Shown in pieces: positions 36,870 to 47,856 of a stretch of DNA of 64,000 nt. The notes beneath the pieces were generated by a model. The model saw only the letters and a list, made by a program, of their open reading frames with translations. It was not told where the DNA came from and did no database searches. The stretch comes from the human T2T-CHM13v2.0 reference genome, Homo sapiens: the NCBI RefSeq assembly GCF_009914755.1, contig NC_060926.1, one strand, 5' to 3'. Within the stretch, counting starts at the first letter, position 1, and every line of letters begins with the position of its first letter. The position numbers were made by a program, and so were the translations under genes.

Positions 36870-37786
36870 CTAATAGGTGCAAGATTAGAAAGTTTGAGAA
36901 ATAATTACAATTATTATTTAATATGATACAATTGTTTTTAAGAAATTTAGCCTAATGAATGTTAGGGTTGGATGGAACTTGACTTGATTTTTAACTACTG
37001 ACAAGGTCACATAATGTGGTATGTTTTATGGACAACACATATGCTTTGCTGAATATATATTTCTTCCCTTAACAATAAAACCTGTTTCATAGCATGTCAC
37101 ACCATTTGTTAGCTTATCTCCAGAAAAAACTGATGTCATACAAGAGTCCCTTTAAAACCTGTTTGGATAATAATGAGTATTACAGTCATTCAAAACTTAA
37201 TTAAAATGACAAACTCAAATATATGAAAAGTTCTCAATGCCAGCTCACTTCTTTTCTGAGCCTCTAAAGCATTTTATAGATTTATGAATTTTGAATTTTC
37301 AGTATGATAGATGTTTGACTGTGTTTAAATCATATATAGCCAGAAATGTACAATTCTCTAAAGTACATCACAGGCTGGTGGTGTTGAAGATGTGCTAAGT
37401 TAACACTGTGACAACATGAAAGGCTGCTGTGAACTGAATTCTGGTCACAGCACAAGAGTAGTGCATACAAGCACAACCATAGGAGATTGTGTGGGTCAAG
37501 GATACTTTTGCTGAGTTCATAGAAAATAGAGGAAACATCTAGGTGTTCTGGGTTATGCTAATGGTTGAAAACAGCAGCAGGGAGCTTTGTAACCCCCAAG
37601 CTTAACATATCTGGGCCTGAGATTCCTCACAACTGAATGAGGTTGAACTAAATGGTTGATTCTCACCTAGCTACCCTGCCCTTCTCTCTTGTCCACATGA
37701 GGCTATTGTAAAAATTTGATAAGATCAAGGACTTCGCATGGTAGCTGGCATCTACTTAGTGCTGAACAGGTAAAAAGAATCACTAC

Positions 37787-37822
<36 letters not shown>

Positions 37823-38114
37823 TTTTTTTTTTCGAGTCAGAGTCTTGTTCTGTCACCCAGGCTGGAGTGCACTGGCGTGATCTCGTCTCACTGCAACCTC
37901 CACCTCCCGAATTCAAGTGATTCTTCTGCCTCAGCCTACTGAGTAGCTGGGATTACAGGCGTGCACCACTATGCCCTACTAATTTTGGTACTTTTAGTAG
38001 AGACGGGGTTTCACCATGTTAGCCAGGCTTGTCTCGAACTCCTGACCTCGTGATCTGCCCTCCTCGGCCTCCCAAAGTGCTGGGATTATTGGAGTGAGCC
38101 ACTGCACCCGGCCC
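37787..38114 (-). mobile_element. AluS with (ATA)n tail-derived microsatellite, inserted near a MIR relic
   Basis: Antisense Alu; cactactataat on both flanks. Confidence 0.88.
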
Positions 38115-39664
38115 CACTACTATAATTATTAACCCTATTTATAAAACCAAATTAATCTACCTTAGGTGTCAGTCAGGTCCCTACATTGGGATTGTTTAGG
38201 AACAGGCTGGATGATCCTTTGTTGACAAGGATTTAGTAACTGGTTAAAACTAGGACTAGGATCCAGGGAACAGGGCAGAGGAGTCTAGATACCTCTGTTA
38301 GTTCTATTTATGTGAAACAAATGACTGGAAACCTCAAATTACCAATTGATTTATGTTGAGTGTTAGGAATGTCTCTCAGACTTCCTTCATTTCTGACCCA
38401 TAGACTCTCTTCAAAAGGACTCTTCTAATTAGACAAAATATACCTCTTGATTATATCACAGTCAGAATACTATAGACCTTAAATATATCTGCAACCACCC
38501 CCCACCCCTGCCACCTCCAGCATTGCCATGTAAGGTTATCTAATTAGGGAAAAGACATCCCAATATATTCAGAAGTCCAGGCCCCCCTCAATGGGAGGAG
38601 ATTGTACAGGAGTGGACTCCAGGGGACAGAATCTGGGGGGCTGTCTTAGAATTGTGTCTACCAAAATAGCCTTTCAGTCCCCTTCCAACTTAGAAAGTTG
38701 GAGGTTCTAATTTACAAGGAGGAGCAGCTCAAGGTTTATCAGAAAGAACTGGGAGAGATGAGAGAGGGAAACAACAGGAACTGAGCTCCCGCTGTTCAGC
38801 AGAGAGAGTGCTCTGTATGCTTCAGCTGATCTGATTCTCACAAGAATTGGTAGCACCCTCATGAGGAGGCGTGAGCTTCCCAGGACAACACACCCACATC
38901 TTCATTGCATTTCCTCTCCTCTGTGGCTGTGATGCTCTCGATACTAAACCTCACCGCCTCATTTGCCCCATCAGTGCCTTGCCTGTGCAGCCCTCTTCCT
39001 TCTTTCTGCTCCTACTGCCCTTCATCCCCCGCCACCAGTCCATCCTTGCCCCAGTACGGCTGGGGACACTCACCCGCATACTGCATGCTCCTGCGGCGTC
39101 TCCTTCTGCCTGTTTCCTCCCTCCTAGCCTCCTCTCCCTGCCCTCTCCTGCTTGTCAAGGTGAGGAATAACCATGGCAGTGTAGGTGGGAAAGTATGAAC
39201 AGGTTTGACATTTTAAAGGAGGAATTATATTAACATCAGACTTCATTCATAAATTATGCATTATTTATCCATGTTCATATAAATATTTGCCATGTGTATG
39301 AACACATAATACTAATATAATGGTTAAGATGCATAATTTTGTGTCCTATGTTTCTCAGTTCATTTTCAGTCATTTTCTGATGGATCCAAATTTCTACTAA
39401 TAAAATTATGTTTAGAGCTGCATAAAAAGCTAGAAACTGACCAACATATGGTATTTTTCAGCAACTTTGGCTGCATATGTATTGAAAAGTATCAATCTAT
39501 TGAAAAGTATTTAATCTGTAACCTCATCACTTATTACTTGTCACAAAATTTTGCATTCAATAACCCAAATAATATCACAATTCCTATTTTTATCTTACTT
39601 TTAAAAATTGAGTCACATGGCAAAATTCTGAGTTCTTAAATGAATTGTGGGCTAAAGGGTTCTT

Positions 39665-41841
39665 TTTAGAAATTTTTTAATTTTATTTTTGTGGGCATGT
39701 AGTAGGTACATATTCATGGAGTATGTGAGATGTTTTGATTCAGGCATGCCCTGCATAATAATCACATCAGGGTAAATGGGGTATCCATCCCCTCAAGCAT
39801 TTATACTTTTTTTGCATTACAAACAACCCAATTATACTTTTTTAGTTATTCTAAAATGTACAATACATCACTGTTGACTATAGTCACTCTGTTATGCTAT
39901 CAAATACTAGATATTATTCATTCTATCTAACTATATTTTTGTACCCATTAATCACCCCTATTTCCCCTCACCCTCCACTTCCCTTTCCAGCCTCTGGTCA
40001 CCATCCTTCTGCTCTCTGTCTCCATGAATTCAGTTGTTTTGATTTTTAGCTCCCACAAATAAGTGAGAATATGGGAAATTTGTTTTTCTGTGCCTGGTTT
40101 ATTTCACTTAACACTATGACCTCGAGTTCCATCCATGTTGTTGTAAATGACAGGATCCCATTCCTTTTTTACAGCTGAATAGTACTCCGTAGGGTATATG
40201 CACCACATTTTCTTGATGCATTTGTCTGTTGATGGATACTTGGGCTGCTTCCAAATCTTGGCTATTGTGAATACTGCTGCAATAAACATGGGAGTGCAGA
40301 TATCCCTTCAATACACTGATTTTCTTTCTTTTAGGTATATACCTAGCAGTGGGGTTGCTGGATCATTTGGTAGTTCTATTTTTCATTTTCTGAGAAACCC
40401 CCCAAACTGTTCTCCATAGTGGTTGAACTAATTTACATTCCCACCAACAGTGAACATGGATTCTCTTTTCTCCATATTGTTGCCAGTATTTGTTATTGGT
40501 TGTCTTTTGCATAAAAGCCATTCCAACTAAGGTGGGATGATATCTCATTGTAGTTTTGATTTGCATTTCTCTGCTGACTGATGATGTTGAGCACCTTTTT
40601 ATATGCCTGTTTGCCATTTATATGTCTTCTTTGGAGAAATGTCTACTCAGAATTTTTGTCCATTTTTTAATCACATTATTCGATTTTTTTCCTATAGAGT
40701 TGTTTGAGCTCCTTATGTGTTCTAGTTATTAATCCATTGTCAGATGAGCAGTTTGCAAATATTTTCTCCCATTCTGTGGGTTGTCTCTTTACTTGTTGAT
40801 TGTTTCCTTTGCTGTGTATAAGCTTTTAAACAAGTGACCCATTTGTCCATTTTTGCTTTGGTTGCCCATGCCTGTGGGGTATTACTCAAAAAATCTTTAT
40901 CTAGGCCAATGTCCTGGAGGGTTTCCCCAATGTTTTTGTGGAGTAGTTTCATAGTTTGAGGACTTGGATTTAAGTCTTTAACCCATTTTGATTTGATTTT
41001 TGTATGTGGCAAGAGACAGGGGTCTAGTTTCATTCTTCTGCCTTTGCATACCCAGTTTTCCCAGCACCATTTATTGAAGAGCCCATCCTTTCCCCAATGT
41101 CTGTTCTCGGCACTTTGTTAAAACTGAGTTCACTGCAGGAGTATGGGTTTGTTTCTGGATCCTCTGTTCTGTTCCGTTGGTCTATGTGTCTGTTTTTATG
41201 CCAGTACAATGCTGTTTTGATTACTATAGCTCTGTAGTATAATTTGAAGTCAGGTAATGTGATTCTTCCAGTTTTGTTCTTTTTGTTTAGGATAGCTTTG
41301 GCTATTCTGGGTCTTGTGTGGTTCCATGAAAATTTTAGGATTTTTTTTCTATGTCTGTGAATGTCTTCGGTATTTTGTTAGGGATTGCATTGAACCTGTA
41401 GATTGCTTTGAGTAGTATGGACGTTTTAACAATATTGACTCTTCCAATCCATGAACATGGAATATCTTTCCATTTCTTTGTGTCCTCTTCAATTCTTTCA
41501 ACAGTGTTTCACAGTTTTCATTGTAGAGATCATTCATTTCTTTGGTTAAGTTTATTTCTAGATATTTTATTTTATTTGTAGCTATTGTAGATGGGATTAT
41601 TTCCTTGATTTCTTTTTCAGATTGTTTACTGTTGGCATATAGAAATGCTACTGATTTTTGTATGTTAATTTTGTATTCTGCAACTTTACTGAATTTATCA
41701 GTTCTAATAGTTTTTTGGTGGAGTCTTTAGGTTTTTCCAAATTTAAGATCATGTCATATATAAGAATAATTTGACTTCTTCCTTTCCAATTTGGATGCCA
41801 TTTATTTCTTTCTTTTGTCTGATTGCTCTAGCTAGGACTTC
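39665..41841 (-). mobile_element. 5'-truncated L1MA element
   Basis: ORF2 fragments ([21 protein letters not shown]); exact 13-bp duplication ctaaagggttctt at 39652-39664 and 41842-41854. Confidence 0.9.
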
Positions 41842-41854
41842 CTAAAGGGTTCTT

Positions 41855-42150
41855 GATAGAGTTTTTTCCTGGTTTGAGTTTTCTGATGAATTCCAGCAGA
41901 TAGTTTTTCCACTTTGACTTTAGGATTAGTATTGCCCCGCTGTGAGAACTGTAATACTGACTGAGGAATGAGTGATCACTGGGCCCTGTCCCTCATTAGT
42001 TACACTGAAATTGTTCTGTACTACGTGAATCCTTGTGTGTCCTACAAGAGTTGCTCTGTGAGTAAAGGGTTTCTTTCTTTTTTTTTTTTTTTTTTGTAAA
42101 GGGTTTCTTATGTTTATTTCACTTCCTTCTCCAGTATACATTATCTGATG
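41855..42150 (-). pseudogene. Highly degraded C2H2 zinc-finger gene relic
   Basis: Minus-strand translations HQIMYTGE, KPFTHRATLVGHTRIH and HQKTQTRKK resemble KRAB-ZNF finger/linker units; Cys pairs largely lost. Confidence 0.5.
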
Positions 42151-42860
42151 TTCCCCTATTCCATTTTAACCACACCAGGGGTATATGGAAATCCAATTCT
42201 GACACTAACTATCAAGAGTTAGCATCAGACTTCACATATTTAAAGGCTCATTCCCACAAAGCTGTTCTTAAGATTTCAGATGCTAGGCACACCTTGGTGG
42301 GGGGGGGCCCAAGCCACTTGTACTTCTACACAACTGGCTATAAAATCAGAGGTTTTCATTTGATTTCCCCTCAGATTCAATAATTCACTGAAATAACTCA
42401 TAGAGCTCAAGAGTAAGCAATAATTATGATTACAGGTTTATTATAAAACATACAACTTGGTAACAACTACATGAAGGGATGTATAGGGTGAGGTCTAGAG
42501 GGAATGCAGAGCTGTGTGCCCTCTCCCCATGGAGTCACTGCTGGTTACCCTCCTGGTCAGCAAAGTGTTCACCAACCTAGAAGCTCCCCTGAACCTCAGT
42601 GTCTAGAGAGCTTTCTGAGGTTTCATTATGTAGGCTTGGTTGATTAAATCATTGACCACATAATCAAACTCAATCTCCTGCTCCTCCCACCCCCAGGTTG
42701 GGCTGGGTCAAAGTATCAACCCTGTAATTGCATAGTTGATCTTTCTGGTGACCTGTCCCCATCCTGAAGCTATCTAGGGGCTCATCACAGTCACCTCACT
42801 AGCATCTCTAAGACACTGCTGTCACTCAGAAAACTCCAAGGGTTTTTGAAGCTCACCTGG
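42150..42860. mobile_element. MER21C-like LTR
   Basis: caattctgacactaactatcaagagttagcatcagac..gtgttcaccaacctagaagctc..gaaaactccaagggttttt. Confidence 0.75.
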
Positions 42861-43339
42861 ATTTGGGCTCTGGAGAAATCCTTCCTTCCCTCCACAGCAT
42901 TGCTTCTTGCTTCAACTGGGAAATCATGAATGACTTGCAGAGCTGATGCTCTCTGGGCAAAGTTGCATGGATTTTGAATTCTGTGTGAGAACTGTGTGTG
43001 ATCTTCAGATCTAAGGCAGGCTCCCAACAAGACAAGGCGAGCATGGAAGGGCACCCGGGGAAGAGCACCTTGAACACCAAGGACATTGAGGGCCCTTCCC
43101 TGGAGCAGGAAGGAAAACCCCTGACACCAAGCCCCTGAGTCTCAGCAGCAGTGAAGATTTAAATGTTTCCACAGTGGGTTGTGGAATTTATTCTCATAAT
43201 TAATGCAATAAAATTAAGATCCATTGGAACAATCTAGGTTCTATTTGGAAAAGAAAATGGCTATATTTTTATTACTATGGTCTCAAACCCTAGCTTAGTG
43301 CTTAAAACAGTATTGTCACTTAGTAAAAAATTTAATCCA

Positions 43340-43570
43340 TTTATTTATTCAAAAAAATAGTCATTGAGTTCCCAGCACTGTTCTCAATGTTGGAGATGGA
43401 GTAGTAATAAAGACACAAAACTGTGGTCAGGAAGACGTGTTCTAGTGGTTGATAAACTAGATTTAAGTAAATAAACAATGTTCAGGCAGTTGTAAGTGCT
43501 GTGAAAGAAAACAGATGAGGAAAGAGACAAAGTGGCGTATGTGGAAGCTGCCTGGCCTGACGGGCTGAGC
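43340..43570 (-). mobile_element. L2 fragment
   Basis: catttatttattcaaaa..cattgag..taagtgctgtgaaagaaaa. Confidence 0.55.
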
Positions 43571-45189
43571 ACCTGATGAAACACCTACCTCCATACCCAA
43601 CCTTCAGCACCTGCTGTCACACATCCCTGTTACCTGTGGTCACCACACACCTAAGACCCCTGCAACCACTGACATGGTTAATTGAGTGAGTCATTTCCCT
43701 AACACAGCATTGGATGGATGAGAAAAAGACAGCCCTTCACTTATGTTCCCTGAAAGGACATCCTCAACGGAGAATGAAAAAATTAATGTACATGTTGGGA
43801 AGGACATGATCTCATGATGAGTTCTTGATCTGCCATGAGCATTCTAGAGTTCTGGAGAAACAGAACTTGCATGAACACTTCCCGGACACCCTTACTAATA
43901 GAAGATCCAGGCCAAGAGGAGAAATGTGCTCGTCTGCTGGCAAAGGGTAATCAACTCAGGAGAAAGAGCAAGTCCCCACGCACCCGTGGGTTCCTTGTCA
44001 GGAACTCGGCTGCCACCTGTCTTCCTCCACATTCTCCTTCAGGATGGTCTGAAAACTAAGCAGACAAAGCTGAAGAAGGATAAAGAAACCATGAGACCCT
44101 GGTCTTATTCACCCCTTCATGGACCTCCAAGCCTTCATCTGGGAGTGAGTGACACCAGCTCCAACCCACATGTACCTGCAGGGTGATCTAAGACAAACAG
44201 GAGGAACCCTTTTTTCCCAGATCACAAGGAAGAAGGCTTTGGCTACAGCAACTCATAAGGAACATGTGAAAATCCTCATTTTATAGAAAAATAAGAGGAC
44301 AATTATAGTGTTGTATGCTTTGCTTAGACCTGGTTTTCAGGGATATCATATAATTCCCTCCCTGATGGCAACTCCTAGGAGGACCTGACTCATGTCACAT
44401 GGTGATTCTTCTTTGCACAACCAAGAACAAAACTTTGTGACTTAATACTTCTTGGTTAGGTGCATTAGCATTCTTTCCCTAACACTCACCCAGCCCTGCA
44501 GAACAACCACCTCCCTGCTGTGCCCTGCCCTCACCCTCCCTGTCCTGTCCCACCCTACCCCCTTCCTCTCCATCCTGCCCTGTCCCCCACCCCCACGCTC
44601 CCCCCACCCCCACCCTCCAATGCACTTGCCCTCAATCATCTTGACTCCCCAGCATGTGGGTTCAGGCAGCACCAGAGCCTCAATCCCAGCTCCATGCCCC
44701 AGGGCCTGAATGTGCAGCCAAGCACATTTGGAATCTGTTTAACAGTGGACATAACAATTCAAAGCCTCATCCCCTGTTGGAGGGTTCAGTGGTTCACTCT
44801 GCTAGTTTAGCAACAAAACCCCTTTTACCAAAAAGAAGCGGGAGTGAGCCCTTTCTAATGCCACTGCTGTGTCTCACAGTCATCCTACGGCAGTGGAGCT
44901 CATAGAATACAGAAGGAAAGAGCTTAGTTTTGGGGGATATTTGACTCCTTTGGAAATCTTAGTAAAATGGTAGCTGGAGTTCTGCCTTAGTAATTATCAT
45001 TGGCAGGAACATCTCAGCATTTCATAATTTATGTTTTTGAAGCATTTGCCAACAGTAGACTACTTTCCAGAACAACGTTAATAATTGGATGTATTGCATG
45101 GACAGATAGTGATAATGAGTCATGAACAGGGTGGGAAGACAACTCCTTGAGTGAAGTCCCCAAAAGAGAAAAAAATCCCCATAGCATTA

Positions 45190-45554
<365 letters not shown>

Positions 45555-45869
45555 TCAGCTGTCCATATAACAAGTGACATGAAGTAAGTTCTAAAAGCTT
45601 TATGAATGTGACCAAGTCTCATGCTACAAAATGACAGAGCTAGAATTTAAACCAAGCTCTGCCTATCTCTATCTCAAATTTCTACATGTGTTTGTCTTGA
45701 GAGAGGTGGACACCAGAGTCAGGTTTTACTGGAATATGTCTCCTGTCTGACCAGCGAGAAGAGGCTTTTCCTTGTTATCAGAGCCTTGTCTTTTCAGTCT
45801 GAACACACAGTCACTACCCTACCCCAAGCCCAGGTTCTACTCTATGCTCCCACGTCTCCTTATTTTTAC

Positions 45870-46273
45870 TCTAAACCAAAAAGTGCCTGAGACAGATCTT
45901 CGTTGATTAGAGGTTTATTTTGCCCAGGTTGAGAATGTACCCAGGAAAAAGAAATGCAAGTTATAATAGGATTTGTGACCTATGCTTTTTCCAAAGAGGG
46001 TTTTGGGAACTTCATTATTTAAAGGGAAAAGAGCAAGCAGGAGGGGAAGAAAAAAGAGGAGGGAGGGTAGGCAGCAAGGCAAGTGCTTTCATTCTTGTGG
46101 GGCTCTGATTAGCACTCAATGAATCCACATTTCACATAACGCAAGCATGTGAAATTACAGCCATCTATTTGGGAACAAAAGGAAGGCAGTTTTTGCCTGA
46201 CTCAGTCTCCCACGCTTAACTTTCCCTTTGGCATAGTGAGTTTGGGGTCCCAAGATTCTACTTTTCCTTCACA
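45870..46273 (-). mobile_element. MER4-family solo LTR
   Basis: taaaccaaaaagtgcctgagacag ... ggggtcccaagattctacttttccttcaca; homologous to 3033-4107. Confidence 0.8.
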
Positions 46274-47444
46274 TTACTCATCCTTACTCATTGCAACACA
46301 TATGTACCAAAGACCAACAGTTCTCATGTCCACCTGACATTTCGCATCTATTGATCAAGAGTCCAATCCCAGATGATTCCAAATGTCACCTTTTCCCTGG
46401 CAGTATTTGCCCTAACAGATAGGTGCTATGTCAAAGCCACCCTTTGACTGACTACAATCACCAAGGATCTTCCTGTTCATAAATCTTGGTAAGATCACAG
46501 TTATCGCCCTGTAATTAAATTCCATGGAGTGTTTCTCAGCATTTGGGTTGGAACTAAAGCAGAATTGGAACGTAACCTCTTTTTCTCAACAGATTCAGAG
46601 TCCTTGAAACTTGCATGAATGGCCAGGGCACATCTTGAAGACGCATGACAAAGAACCTGTGGGGATATTAAGATTTAAGTCAGGATGATTGGTTCTTGTT
46701 ACCAGCATCAAAGGATCTTCTCATATCACAAAATAATGAGATTATCCCCCAACATTGGTCAGCATGGCATAAAATACATGATCTGTGATAGGAGATGCTT
46801 TTCTGATCCGCTTTTATGAAAAGTAAATGTCCTTCCTGCCTGCATTTTCAACTTTAGTATGTGTGCCTGCCTTTTTCTTTTTAAAATGTGGTAAGCTTCA
46901 CCCACCAGCCTTTAGTACCGGCTGTATAAGGAGCAACTAACACCAAGACATACATGCTTATGCCCCATCCACTTTATTTTAAAGCACTCTTCAATTTGTC
47001 AATACTTTAATTCTCTAAGCAGTGTTATAGTGGCTGACCACTTTTGAAATTATCTTTGTTTTGTTTGGTACTTGAAGGGCATGAAAAACTTCCCTCCACT
47101 TCCTTCCCCTCTCCCGGGGCTCATTTTCCCCTCTCTTTTCTCTGCCCTGCTTGCCCTCTGACCCTGCCGAGCTCTGCTGTTTCCACAGACTTCTGAATCT
47201 AATTAATGTCATAGTGACTATATAAGTGAATTATGTAGGCAGGAGGATGCGGGAAACTTTGGGGAAGGTGCATTCCTTAGGGAAAAACCTGGTTTTGTTA
47301 AAAAAAAAAAAAAAAAAGGAAAGAAATGCACATTCCCAGGAACACTCATTCCCAGGGGGTAGAATGTCAGTGAAGCATAAAACCTCAGCAACTACTTACA
47401 TTCAATAAATATCTGTTGTCTGATGAGCAGACGGAACCCTAAGA

Positions 47445-47545
47445 GCGGCGGCGGCGGCGGCGCAGGGCCGGGGGCGGGGCCGGGGGCCAGGCGGGGCGGG
47501 GGCGGCGGCGGCGGCGCAGGGCCGGGGGCGGCGGCGGCGGCGGCG
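47445..47545 (+). repeat. Interrupted CGG repeat: (GCG)6 47445-47462, (GCG)5 47502-47516, (GCG)6 47528-47545
   Basis: Seen directly; position ~260-360 bp upstream of the AFF3 ATG fits the FRA2A-type repeat. Confidence 0.9.
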
Positions 47546-47598
47546 CGGCGAGCTCGCTGCTCTCTCTTGAGTGTGCCTGCGCGCAAGCCGGGGAGCGG
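47546..47598 (+). other. Putative small 5' exon (start site uncertain), with a 138-nt GC-rich intron 47599-47736
   Basis: Donor CGG/GTGAGT at 47599; acceptor ccttccgtcgcag ending at 47736. Confidence 0.6.
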
Positions 47599-47803
47599 GT
47601 GAGTGCGCCGGCCGCTGCAGCCAGCCCGGCCGGCCCGGAGTCGGGGGCGGGGGGCGTCGGGAGCCCCGACCTGGGGGCGGGCGGCGGCCGCTCTGGCGCG
47701 GCTGGGATGCACCTTGAGCGGCGCCTTCCGTCGCAGCGCGCGGGCGGCCCGAGCTTCGGCGGCGGCGGCGGTAGCGGCGGCGGCGACGCTGACACCTCCC
47801 ACC

Positions 47804-47856
47804 ATGGACAGCTTCGACTTAGCCCTGCTCCAGGAATGGGACCTCGAGTCACTGTG
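47804..47856 (+). CDS. AFF3: First coding exon of AFF3 (LAF4), 53 coding nt, exon ~47737-47856; probably a paralogous partial copy rather than the intact locus
   Basis: Strong Kozak ccaccATGG; translation MDSFDLALLQEWDLESL matches the AFF3 N-terminus as I know it; phase-2 donor TG/GTAAGT at 47857; no further AFF3 coding exon recognised in the window. Confidence 0.85.

Noticed and set aside
47435-47442. Telomere-like aaccctaa at the GC junction
   Set aside because: A single unit, expected by chance; no array.
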